Assembly (NCBI GenBank): GCA_038087875.1 | Contig: CM075990.1 | Coordinates: 5,644,001-5,708,000 of the forward strand | DNA from: Malacoraja senta | Lineage: Eukaryota | DNA: 64,000 nt | Direction: 5' to 3' | In this document: one piece after another, positions 35,755 to 47,875 of the stretch | How positions within the stretch are numbered: position 1 is the first letter of the stretch | Layout: every line of letters starts with the position of its first letter | Position numbers and translations under genes: made by a program | Notes under the pieces: generated by a model | What the model was told of the DNA's origin: nothing | Databases searched by the model: none | What the model saw: only the letters and a program-made list of their open reading frames with translations

Positions 35755-35846
35755 TCTGAAGAAGGGTCTCGACCTGAAACGTCACCTATTCCTTCGCTCC
35801 ATAGATGCTGCCTCACCCGCTGAGTTTCTCCATCATTTTTGTCTAC
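35755..35846 (+). mobile_element. Penelope-derived monomeric mini-element with hammerhead-like core (35756-35783)
   Basis: 92 bp, flanked by perfect CATGAGATAAGG at 35743-35754 and 35847-35858. Confidence 0.75.
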
Positions 35847-37304
35847 CATGAGATAAGGAAGGGTCGTTTGCTTTGAAACAATTAAAATGAGGAATAAGGT
35901 GTTAAAATTATGAAGAGCCTTGATATAGTAAGGAGGAAATAAATCTCCCACAGGAAGGGGGAAGAACCAGGAGTCGTTATTGGTTGTAGGATTAGAAGAT
36001 AGGTGAAAAACATTGTCTCCCACCCTCGCCCCCCCCCCCCCCAAGAGTATTTTTGCAGAAACAACTATCAGTATTAAAAATTATTTGGACGTTGACTTGA
36101 AGATCTACAGACTTGGTGGCATTAGGATGGCAAGCTTTTTATGACCAGAAACAAATGTGATGGGCCGAATGGTCTCCTGTGCTGTGAGGTATCTGTAATC
36201 CTATAATCATTATAGTTTCATGAGTCATACAGAATGGAACCGGGGGCCGTCAGCCCACCAAGTTTATATTGACTACCAACAGAACCTTTTCACACTAACC
36301 TGACAGTCATCTCACTTTGTTCTCCCCATATTCCCACCAACTCCTACCATTCACCCACATACAGTGGACAATTTATAGCGACTAATACATTTACCAGCCC
36401 ACACAACTTTATGTTGGATTTTATCCAGGCAATCACAATGAGAATGTGCAAAGTCTTTACAGACTGTATTCAAGGTCAGGATTGAACCTAGGTCATTGGA
36501 GATGTAATGCGATAGCACTAATAGCTGCGCCTTTGCCATGATCATAGTTTTCAGGAAATTATCAGTCTTTTAATAAGGCGAGAATGAATGAACATCGGAA
36601 TACTTCAGAGGATCTCTGATTTTGGAAAAGGCGAATCCTGCCTAGCACACAGTGAGTTATTTTGATGGAGGATGTCTCGAGATATTACTTACATGGACCT
36701 CCATAGGATATTTGATATAGTCCCCCATAAAAGATTTAATTCAATCTAAAGCTCATGAAATTGCAGGTAAATCATTGACCCAGCTGGGATAATGACTGAA
36801 TTCCAGGAGCCAGTGAAGGAATAATGTACAGTTACCAATCAGAATATGTCTGGTAAAGTCCAATAAAAAGATTCTGTACTGGATTTACAAAATATTCACT
36901 CTATTTAATGAAGACTCAACTGATATTGAAACAGATTATACAATGGCATAAAGATTAAGTAAAGTACAAAGGGAAACATTTAACTACAGAGATATTATTA
37001 AGTTAATTAGTAAAGAAGGAAATTGCAAGATTGAGTCGTAAAAATAAGTAATGGAAAGAGACTTGACAGTCCTTGTAAACTGATGATTAAAATCTCAAAC
37101 AGAAGAAACAATGGCAGTCTCAAACATCCCGGTTTTCAATTCTGCTTGTAAGTCCTCGGTGAAGTTTAAACTTTAATGAACAATTTATATGGAATGTAGA
37201 GCATCCATTCTAGCAGTTCCATTGGAGATGTTGATCTGAAAGTAAATTGGAAATTGATCTCTCACTAATTTTGTACGACTTGGGAAAATGACTTCTGATC
37301 CAGA

Positions 37305-37615
37305 TAGCCTTTCTGTCTGAGGGCTCCTCCATTGTCAGCTAAACTCAAATTGGAGGAGCAGCATCTCATATTTTGCTTGGGCAGCTTACAGCCCAGTGGT
37401 ATGAATATTGATTTCTCTCACTTCAGGTAGCCCCGGCATTCCCTCTCCCTCTATCCCACCCCCACCCAAGTCGCACCAGCGTCTCATTTTCACCCCACAA
37501 ACAGCTAACAATGGCCTGTTTCCTTTATCATCGTTATTTTTTGGCATATCTTTCATTCATTGTTCTTTATCTGTCCACATCGCTGTCTATCTCCCATTTC
37601 CCTTATTCCCTAGGT
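37305..37615 (+). mobile_element. Penelope-like GIY-YIG 3' fragment
   Basis: Aligns to 5280-5640 and 8740-8870. Confidence 0.75.
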
Positions 37616-37827
37616 TTCTTAATTTATCTGCATCCTCCTTAAAATAGAGGTCCAGTTTAAGCAAATGCCTCAATATTCTATTGAGTGGATTGACCACATG
37701 TAGATCAATCTTTTCAACATTGGTTTAGTTTGTAAAATCTTGGAGAAGTTTCATAAGTGTCTAGCAAAGCTTGTAGTTAGGGATCCAATACCAAATATTT
37801 CTGGCTGTAGCCTTTTGAGTTCTACTG

Positions 37828-37974
37828 CAGTTGTACAGGGCCTTGGTGAGACCACACCTGGAGTATTGCGTACAGTTTTGGTCTCCTAATCTGAGGAAAG
37901 ACATCCTTGCCATAGAGGGAGTACAGAGAAGGTTCACCAGACTGATTCCTGGGATGGCAGGACTTTCATATGAA
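37828..37974 (+). mobile_element. Host CR1 fragment, left part
   Basis: LYRALVRPHLEYCVQFWSP...GVQRRFTRLIPGMAGLSYE. The reading continues at 41412. Confidence 0.9.
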
Positions 37975-38085
37975 CCATATAACCATAACAGCACGGAAAC
38001 AGGCCATCTCGGCCCTTCAAGTCCGTGCCGAACATTTAATTTTTTTTTTATTTTTTTTTTTAAATTAAAAATAAAATACTCCCCC

Positions 38086-41021
38086 CTAGTCCCATCTACC
38101 TGCACTCAGACCATAACCCTCCATTCCTTTCCCGTCCATATACCCATCCAATCTATTTTTAAAGGATAACATCGAACCTGCCTCCACCACTTCCACTGGA
38201 AGCTCATTGCACACAGCTACCACTCTCTGAGTAAAGAAGTTCCCCCTAATGTTCCCCCTAAACTTCTGTCCCTTAATTCTCAAGGGTCTTAATTGAATCT
38301 TCCCTACTCTCAATGGGAAAAGCTTATCCACGTCCACTCTGTCTAACCCGCTCATAATTTTAAAGACCTCTATCAAGTCCCCTCTTAACCTTCTGCGCTC
38401 CAAAGAATAAAGACCTAACTTGTTCAACCTTTCTCTGTAACTTAGTTGCTGAAACCCAGGCAACATTCTAGTAAATCTCCTCTGTACTCTCTCTATTTTG
38501 TTGACATCCTTCCTATAATTAGGCGACCAAAATTGTACTCCATACTCCAGAATTGGCCTCACCAATGCCTTGTACAATTTTAACATTACATCCCAACTTC
38601 TATATTCAATGCTCTGATTTATAAAGGCCAGCACACCAAAAGCGTTCTTTACCACCCTATCTACATGAGATTCCACCTTCAGGGAACTATGCACAGTTAT
38701 TCCTAGATCCCTCTGTTCAACTGCATTCCTCAATTCGCTACCATTTACCGTGTACGTCCTATTTTGATTTGTCCTGCCGAGATGTAGCACCTCACATTTG
38801 TCAGCATTAAACTCCATCTGCCATCTTTCAGCCCACTCTTCCAAATGGCCTAAATCTCTCTGTAGACTTTGAAAATCTACTTCATTATCCACAACACCAC
38901 CTATCTTAGTATCATCTGCATACTTACTAATCCAATTTTCCACACCTTCATCCAGATCATTGATGTACATGACAAACAACAGTGGACCCAACACAGACCC
39001 CTGAGGCACCCCACTAGTCACCGGCCTCCAACCTGACAAACAGCCATCCACCATTACTCTCTGGCATCTCCCATTCAGCCACTGTTGAATCCATCTTGCT
39101 ACTCCACCATTAATACCCAACAATCGAATCTTCTTAACCAACCTTCCATGAGGAACCTTGTCAAAGGCCTTCCTGAAGTCCATATAGACAACATCCACTG
39201 CTTTACCCTCATCAATTTCCCTAGTAACCTCTTCGAAAAATTCAAGAAGATTAGTCAAGCATGACCTTCCAGGCACAAATCCATGTTGACTGTTCCTAAT
39301 CAGACCCTGCTTATCCAGATGCTTATATATATTATCTTTAAGTATCCTTTCCATTAATTTGCCCACCACTGACGTCAAACTAACAGGTCTATAATTGCTA
39401 GGTTTACTCTTCGAACCCTTTTTAAACGGAACAACATGCGCAGTACGCCAATCCTCCGGCACTATTCCCGTTTCTAATGACATTTGAAATATTTCTGTCA
39501 TAGCCCCTGCTATTTCTACACTAACTTCCCTCAATGTCCCAGGGAATATCCTGTCAGGACCTGGAGACTTATCCGTTTTCATATTTTTCAAAAGTGTCCG
39601 CACCTCCTCTTCTTTGAATCTCACAGTTTCCATTGCTACTCTGCTCGTTTCCCTTACCTCACATAATTCCATATCCTTCTCCTTCGTGAATACCGAAGAA
39701 AAGAAATTGTTCAATATCTCCCCCATCTCTTTTGGCTCTGCAGATAGCTGTCCACTCTGACTCTCTAATGGACCGATTTTATTCCTTGTTATCCTTTTGC
39801 TATTAATATAGCTGTAGAAACCCTTTGGATTTACTTTCACCTTACTTGCCAAAGCAACCTCATATCTTCTTTTAGCTTTTCTAATTTCTTTCTTAATATT
39901 CTTTTTACATTCTTTATACTCCTCAAGCACCTCATTTACTCCATGCTGCCTATAATTATTGTAGATCTCTCTCTTTTTCCGAACCGTGTCCAATTTCCCT
40001 TGAAAACCATGGCTCTTTCCATTTTTTTACTATTTCCTTTCAACCGAACAGGGACATAAAGATTCTGTACTCTTAAAATTTCACCCTTAAATGTCCTCCA
40101 TTTTTCTTCTACATCCTTCCCATAAAACAACATGTCCCAATTCACTCCTTTTAAATCCTTTCGCATCTCCTCAAAGTTAGCCTTTCTCCAAACAAAAATC
40201 TCAACCCTAGGTCCAGTTCTGACCCTCTCCATAATTATATTGAAACTAATGGTATTGTGATCACTGGACCCGAAGTGCTCCCCGACGCATACCTCCGCCA
40301 CTTGCCCTGTCTCATTTCCTAACAGGAGGTCCAGCACTGCCCCTTCTCTAGTAGGTACCTCTATGTATTGCTGCAAAAAACTATCTTGCACACATTTTAC
40401 AAACTCCAAACCATCCAGCCCATTTACAGAATGTGTTTCCCAGTCTATGTGTGGAAAATTGAAATCTCCCACAATCACTACCTTGTGCTTACTACTAATA
40501 TCTGCTATCTCCTTACATATTTGCTCTTCCAATTCTCGCTTCCCATTTGGCGGTCTATAATACACCCCTATAAGTGTTGCTACACCTTTCCCATTTCTCA
40601 GTTCCACCCAAATAGCCTCCCTAGACGAGCCCTCTAATCTATCCTGCCAAAGCACTGCTGTAATATCTTCCTTGACAAGCAATGCAACACCCCCACCTCT
40701 TGCCCCTCCAATTCTATCACCCCTGAAGCAACGAAATCCTGGAATATTTATTTGCCAATCACAGCCCTCCTGCAACCATGTTTCACTGATCGCCACAACA
40801 TCATACTTCCAGGTGTCAATCCAGGCTCTAAGCTCATCCACCTTTCTTACAATGCTCCTAGCATTAAAATATACACATTTAAGAAACCCACCACCACTTA
40901 TTCTCTGTTTATTATCTTTTTCTTCTTTCTCCCCTACATTTTGGGTCCGAGTGCTTCCCTTCTCTGCCTCCTGCCTCCCACATTTTCCACTAGCTTTCTC
41001 TATTTGAGTCCCTCCCCCCAA
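38086..41021 (-). pseudogene. CR1 ORF2 (APE endonuclease plus reverse transcriptase), frameshifted near 39985-40030
   Basis: APE motifs: YFNARS, ISETWL, GDFN, LDL, SDH. RT motifs: PGPD, YRPVSLTS, QHGF, DF.KAFD, GVPQGSVLGP, YADD. Split into ORFs 39936-41021 and 38086-39993. Confidence 0.93.
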
Positions 41022-41026
41022 CCGTT

Positions 41027-41411
41027 CTAGTTTAAAGTCTCCCCAGTAGCCTTTGCAAATCTCCCCGCCAGGATATTGGTGCCCCTCGGGTTCAAGTGCA
41101 ACCCGTCCTTTCTGTACAGGTCACTCCTTCCCCAAAAGAAATCCCAATGATCCAGAAATTTGAATCCCTGCCCGCTGCACCAGTTCCTCAGCCACGCATT
41201 TATCCTCCACCTCACTCCATTCCTACTCTCACCGTCACGTGGCACAGGTAGTAATCCTGAGATTGTTACCTTTGTAGACCTTCTCCTTAACTCTCCTCCC
41301 AACTCCCTAAATTCTCCTTTCAAGACCTCTTCTCTTTTTCTACCTATGTCATTGGTACCTATATGTACCACAACCTCAGGCTCCTCTCCCTCCGATTTCA
41401 GGATATCTTGG
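41027..41411 (-). pseudogene. CR1 ORF1 C-terminal SGNH/GDSL esterase-like fragment
   Basis: VHIGTND...DGLHLN motifs, typical of CR1 ORF1 esterases. Confidence 0.85.
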
Positions 41412-41862
41412 ATATGAAGAAAGACTGGATAGACTCGGCTTGTACTCGCTGGAATTTAGAAGATTGAGGGGGGATCTTATAGAAACGTACAAAATTCTTA
41501 AGGGGTTGGACAGGCTAGATGGAAGAAGATTGTTCCCGATGTTGGGGAAGTCCAGAACAAGGGGTCACGGTTTAAGGATAAGGGGGAAGTCTTTTAGGAC
41601 CGAGATAAGAAAAAAAATGTTCACACAGAGAGTGGTGAATCTGTGGAATTCTCTGCCACAGAAAGTAGTTGAGGCCAGTTCATTGGCTATATTTAAGAGG
41701 GAGTTAGATGTGGCCCTTGTGGCTAAAGGGTTCAGGGGATATGGAGAGAAGGCAGGTACAGGATACTGAGTTGGATGATCAGCCATGATCATTTTGAATG
41801 GCGGTGCAGGCTGTATGGCCTACTCCTGCACCTGTTTTCTATGTTTCTGTGTTTCTATGTTT
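41412..41862 (+). mobile_element. Host CR1 fragment, right part (RT C-terminus and 3' tail)
   Basis: YEERLDRLGLYSLEFRRLRGDLIETYKI...FTQRVVNLWNSLP and a (TTTCTATG)n tail. Confidence 0.9.
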
Positions 41863-42987
41863 CTTTGCTTGATCAAGGTTCTGAAATATCTCCTGGCTCA
41901 CTACCACCTATCTGGCTTGTTTGCAGGTTCTATGTGGTTGCGCTGTATCAAAGCACATTATGATCTAAAAACAATTCTTCTTCTTGACTCCATAATTTCT
42001 GATCGCTCCACAATTCAACTGAATTAAATGGGCATCTAACTCAGTGGTAAAAATGTAGAACGATCCACATTTCAGGCAAAAAAATACAGATTGATTTAGG
42101 GGCAAACTTGATACTCCCACGAGGAAGGATATGTTGGTGTTGATATGAAGGATATGTAAGGTGAAGAGAGGTAAGGAGGATAGACACAGAATGGACTATG
42201 AATTCCATATAAAGCATTTGAGGAATCAGCCACTGATGATAATGCAAAGCAAGCTCTAAGGGATGCAGTATATTTGTGGTTTAGTTTTCATTTAGCTGGA
42301 GGCAGTCAAGTGTTTATTTAGTCTACTGTGTGCCTTGGGTTTAAATTGCTTATACTTTGAACATTCTTTTGTAGTTAAATGCATTAGATTGTGATGGGAC
42401 ATGCTCTAAATATGCAAAATATTCATGGAAATGAGATTAACACAACCACAATGAGATTGGTTAAGTCTAGAGGAGTTATTAGAGGCTAGCAGAATGATTT
42501 AATAAGATGAGATAATGTTGAATTAGGTGATGAATGTAGTTCTGCTTGTGTTGTTGATTTAGCTATTCTATTACAATAATTGATGCAGCAAATTTAGCAT
42601 AGAGCATTCTATTTTCAGTTTAAAAACCAATATAGATGGCAATAAACCAACATGTTTAATCAGTAGACCAGGATTTTGCCATAAATGCCATGTGCCTTTT
42701 CATGCCTTTTTTGGTGATTTCACCAGGATAATGCCTTTTTCATGATCGAGTGCCTAAATCTGCCTTTTTTTGGCGTTTTGCTAAAAGGTTGTGCTATTTT
42801 CTCTAGTTGTACCGTGATTACAATGACGTTTTCTATGTTAACACGTTAATATTAATGTTATTATTAAGGTGTTAACATAGTATAACTTACACGAAAACTT
42901 CCACCACTGGGGCGAAACCTGGGGCGCCACTGTCGGTCATTCATTCATTCGTGCCGCTGCCCTCTGATTCCGTTTTCTCCAAGATCT

Positions 42988-43266
42988 ATTTAAGAAAGAA
43001 CTGCAGATGCTGGAAAAACGAAGGTAGACAAAAAATGCTGGAGAAACTCAGCGGTTGAGGGAGCATCTATGGAGAGAAGGAATAGGCGACGTTTTGGGTC
43101 GAGACCCTTCTTCAGACTGATGGGGGGGGGTTGGGAAAAAGAAAGGAAGAAGCGGAGACAGTAGGACTAGAAGGAGAGCAGGGGAGGAGGGAGAAGACAA
43201 GGGCTATCTAAAATTAGAGAAGTCAATGTTGATACCGCTGGGGTGTAGACTACCCAAGCGAAATAC
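42988..43266 (-). mobile_element. Penelope-like 3' fragment nested in the hAT element
   Basis: Reverse complement of the GIY-YIG C-terminus plus terminal repeat, with a decayed core at about 43088-43115. Confidence 0.8.
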
Positions 43267-43319
43267 CCAAGCTTGTCTCCTCACTACAGTTTCTGCTGGC
43301 TCCAGTCGCAAATCTGAGT

Positions 43320-44485
43320 TTGAGTGAACTGTGCAAGGCATTCATTGATGCTGGAATTCCACTGTGGAAATTGGAAAACAAATCTCAGATTTTTTTAGAG
43401 AAATACACAGAGGAACATATACCAAGCGAGTCATCATTATGGAAACATTATGTTGACAGCAACTTCAACATTGTTGTGCAGAAAATTAGAGATGAAGTTG
43501 CATGCAACAAAATATGGATCTCAATAGGCGAGACAACCGATGCTGTGGTGAGATATGTTGCCAATGTGGTCATCGATAAACTGGAGACAGGTCAACCATC
43601 AAAGGAGTATTTGTTGACATCGGAAGTATTGGAGAAGTCAAACCACTCAGCTATTGCTCAGTTGTTTACATCTTCACTTGCTGTTCTTTGGCCAGAAGGT
43701 ATAAAACACAAGAATGTTCTGTGACAGTTTTATTCCCCAAAATGTTGCATTTGACATGCTTAGCTTAAGGACTTCATAGAAATGCCAAGCACAGACGTAG
43801 CTTGTTTCCAAATGTCGATCGCCTAGTTGCCAATGTCAAGAAAATCTTCCTTAAAATACTGTCACGTTTGCAGTTGTTCAAGGAAATGACATCCGAGATT
43901 CCGCTACATCCTCAGCCCCTTTTGACTAGGTGGGGTACATGGCTCTCTGCTGTACTCTACTATGTTGCACATTTTAAAAAGATAAAAAAAATCATCAACT
44001 GTTTTGAAGAAGAAGAAGAATCTGCTACAGTCAGGATCGTCAGTGAAATCATGCAGAAAAAGTCCCTACACAGCGATCTTGTGTTTATTGCTTCCAATTT
44101 TGCAAACTTCTCACAAGCTACCACTTCCCTTGAGAAACGTGGCGAAACATTAGTGAATAACTTGTAGGTTTTCAACAAAGTAACTGACGATATTCGTAAA
44201 GTTCTTGGCGATGTAGATAAAGACATACAAGGAAAATGTGAGAGAGTGATTTTAGCTAACAAAGATCTTGAAGAAATACAATACATAGCTAAAGTTCTCA
44301 AAGGTAGTTGTAATGCACAAGATATCAACATGAATATAGAGTCGGTAGCTTGTTTCGGGTATGCACCAGTGACCTCAGCTGGGGTGGAAAGAAGATTTTC
44401 ACAACTGAAGCATATTCTGTCTGACAGACAGCATAGTTTAACACCAGATGATTGAAAAAAATGCTAGTAATTATGTACAACCAGG
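43320..44485 (+). pseudogene. Disrupted hAT transposase (CGGBP/DUF659-like)
   Basis: LCKAFIDAGIPLWKLEN..., IWISI(G)ETTD..RYVANVV, HLTCLA, TRWGTW and PVTSA.VER.FSQLKHILSDR (hATC-like). Broken by stops and frameshifts. Confidence 0.85.
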
Positions 44486-46047
44486 CAACTTTGGTCATTT
44501 AATGTAGTATACCTTTATATTATTTTTAACCATATTTTGGTGGTGGAAATAAATGCCTTTTTTATGCATTTTTTGTCAATAAATGCCTTTTCGTGCCTTT
44601 TTCGTAATTTTATTATGGCTTTTTGCCTGCCTATTTCAGAGTTTTTTAGTGCCTATACATCCTGGCTCTTAATTAGTATGGATAATAAATGCCAGCTTGG
44701 GAAAATTGATCACTCTGCAGAGACCTGCTGTCTGTCAGTAGGAGACATCCACAGCCTAATGAAAGCTTGACTTTGTCCTCTGTTTGACACTGTGCTGGGC
44801 ATATTTCCATGGCAATATCCTCATGTGAACGCAAATCATATGATGCCAGTGGCCTGTTTCATTCTGCGTTAAATTTGATTTGTACTAAAACCATATTTTG
44901 TGGTACAACAAAGTGCTGTAGATGTTGGGAATCGATTGAAACTTTCATGATGGAGAATATGCTTTGGTGCGTATCTGAGCAAATAGAGCAAAGGTGGGTA
45001 AATGGAGTTATTAGACGGGCCAGCAATGATTTAATTGAAGGTAAAACAGACTTGGCAAAATGAGTAACTCCCATTTCTATTTTCCTACTTGGAAGGAGGC
45101 AATTTACATCCAAGATTTGTTTGATTAAATATTTAATAACTGCATTGTAAACTGGTTCTAAATCTTTTTCAGCTGGTTAGTTTTGTACACACATACTATC
45201 TGTAATATTAACTTGCGTGTTAGAACATTTTGAAACTAAATACTATACTTTCAACCAACAGCCATCATTACTGCAGAATGAATTAAAACGTGAAGTGGTT
45301 TTTAAAAATATTTAGTGGCGCCTGGCTTTATTGTTAATATTAATTTTACTTTTCTAAATGACTCGGTAAATTTACAAGATAAAGACAGCTCTTTTTTGAT
45401 CTTGTGGGAAGCTGGCTCATTGTGAATTCTAATCAACTTCATTATGCAGCCAAAGTATTCTGTCTCTTTTCATATAATGTTCTTGGAGGAATGTGAAAAT
45501 GTTTTTTGCTTGTTCTTACCTTTTAGCCTTCCATTCATTGATTAATTATTTATTCCAGGAGAATAACTGAAACAAATGCACAGGATCAGATTTTATTGCC
45601 ATTCTGAATTTCAATAAACAACTGAATCCTCGGTGGAGGAAAGATGTTCTGCACAATGTCCATTCATTTCCTGGACTTGTGGAATTAGCCTAAGTGACCC
45701 AAGACCAGGAAACATGAATTACTAGTTTCCACAGTGGTGGGTTGGTACTATAAACTGATAATTTGTTGATCAGTACCTGGGCCAACAAACATCAAGAGTT
45801 TCTGAGAATATCTCATCACTTTAATTAATAGAACCCTTTCTCTTAACGAATGACTTCCTCCCCATCAATATGAGTGACACAAATGGCATTGATTATTGAT
45901 TGTGCTGTAGGGTATCTGGAAATTAAACATCAGATGATGGAGACAGGAGCAGGGACACGGGCACTCACATGTGATGTCCAATATATGTGACTTAATTGAC
46001 AGTCAGCTTTTCTATTGTTTAATTGAAAAGTTCTGAACAAGTCTGTA

Positions 46048-46265
46048 AGGGTGGTGAATCTGTGGAATTCATTGCCACAAGGCTGTGGAGGCCGTTAATG
46101 GATATTTTTAAGGCAGTGATAGATAGTTACTTGATTAGTACAGGCGTTGGGGTTATGGGGAGAATGCGGTTAGGAGGGAGAGATAGATCAGCCATGATTG
46201 AATGGCGGAATAGACGATGGGCTGAATGGCCTGATTCTACTCCTATCACTTATGAACTTATGAAG
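46048..46265 (+). mobile_element. CR1 LINE 3' end
   Basis: Matches 3350-3570 and 18240-18462. Confidence 0.75.
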
Positions 46266-47494
46266 TAATTAATCTATAAGTTATTAAAAATCTGCAATCT
46301 ATCATAATCTATCACAAATAATTAACTTCTTAGATTTGGTTCGATGACAGTGTCTACACGGGTAGTTAATCTCAGTCATTTTTTTTTGTAAAAAGGAACT
46401 GTATCTTAGTATTTGCTCTGGTTGTGCTGCATAGTGAGTGGAATTATGCCAGCCAACCTTTACCAGCAATAGGTTTTAACCTCTCTGCCTGGAGCAGAGT
46501 GCTTTAGGGGGTAAGATAATGCATTGAAATAGTGCTTAAAACCTAGAGGATTGAAATGGAATTTGTGCATTCAGGCCGGGATAAAACTATACATGTACAC
46601 ACAAGAGCCGAAATCAACATTTCCTTTAGCTTAATTGCATCAGTTGTTCCAAATTGATGGGGAAACACCAGAGAGTTTTATTGTGTGGTACCAGCAATGT
46701 GGCAATGTGCTTTTGTAACATCTGGAGCCTGATGGAAGAACAACATAGATGCCCCTCTGTATTCAAACCATCATCTTAAAACCAGGCACTTCTTAAAGCC
46801 ATGCAAAATGTTAGGCTCTGATAACTGGGACGCTTCTCTTCCATTTATTCCATCCCAGCCACTTAGAATTCAGCTACAGTTTAACTCGACAAAATAATGC
46901 TGCCAAAAAAAGTGACGTTTATTGAATTCCTTGAGTGCTCTGGAGCACTGAATACGATTAAATCAACAACCTTTCTCTTGCCTTTTAAAAAAATTTCATT
47001 CCATGTTCCTTTACTTAGCTAAATGACACCATGGAGACTACAATAGTGTTTGGATAATTGAGAGCTAAAACAGTTGAAGTCTGTAATGAAAGTTAATGAG
47101 TGTGTATGGCTGAAGCAAAGGGGTTGTGTGTGTGAGCACAAGGAACTGCAGATGTCGGTTTAAAAAAAAAACGTATGTGGTCCGGAGAGAGATCTGCCTG
47201 CCTTCTAGGGAGACTAGAGAGCAGGAGTCAGAACATAAGCCCTTGTCCTCAAGTGGCACACAGCATTTTATTGACTGCACTTCTGGCCAGAAACTACATC
47301 GATAGAGCAGATGAAGTGGTTGACAAAGGAAATGTGGCTGCAGAGTTATGAGAATAGGAGGGTTGTGGAGAGGGGTTGTGTTAAGTTCCGTCAGATCTAA
47401 TTGCTCCTTCAGAGGGTAAATACAGAGATGGATTGTTTGGACTGAATGTTATGTTATTATATCCATGGATTAAATACTACAATATGGTGATAAT

Positions 47495-47875
47495 GGGAGC
47501 ATAGTTGGATTCATGGAAGGTGGTCTCGGAGGGGAGGATGCTCCCAGAACTGCGGAACATCCTGGACAATACAGCTCACCCCCTCCAGGACAGAACTGGT
47601 CAACCTGAGGAGCACATTCAGCAACAGACTGGTTCCACCAAGGTCCAGGGCAACACGTCACAGGAGATCCTTCTTCCCTACGGCTATCAAACTATACAGC
47701 TCCTCCCCCTTCTGTCATGGGGTAGACTGACTCCCCCCCCCCCCCCTCCCGAATCTTTGCACATCCCCAATCCTTTTCACTCGTCACTTTCATTTCATAT
47801 TTCATTTCATGTATCTTGCTTCATGACTGTTGTCAGATCAATTTCCCTCCTGGGATAAATAAAATTGTATTGTAT
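47495..47875 (+). mobile_element. Rex/Babar-like LINE 3' fragment
   Basis: ILDNTAHPL motif and decayed RSFFP.AIKLY, followed by a 3' tail. Confidence 0.65.

Larger units (their letters stand above)
37975..41411 (-). mobile_element. 5'-truncated CR1 LINE (ORF1 esterase fragment plus ORF2 APE-RT)
   Basis: 7-bp TSD ATATGAA at 37968-37974 and 41412-41418. GGTTATATGG-type tail. ORF1 and ORF2 are both recognisable. Confidence 0.95.
42665..44669 (+). mobile_element. Fossil hAT-superfamily DNA transposon
   Basis: Termini AGACCAGGAT / ATCCTGGCTCT, flanks (T)TAATCAGT / (T)TAATTAGT, subterminal TGCCTTTT repeats at both ends, and an internal transposase relic. Confidence 0.85.
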
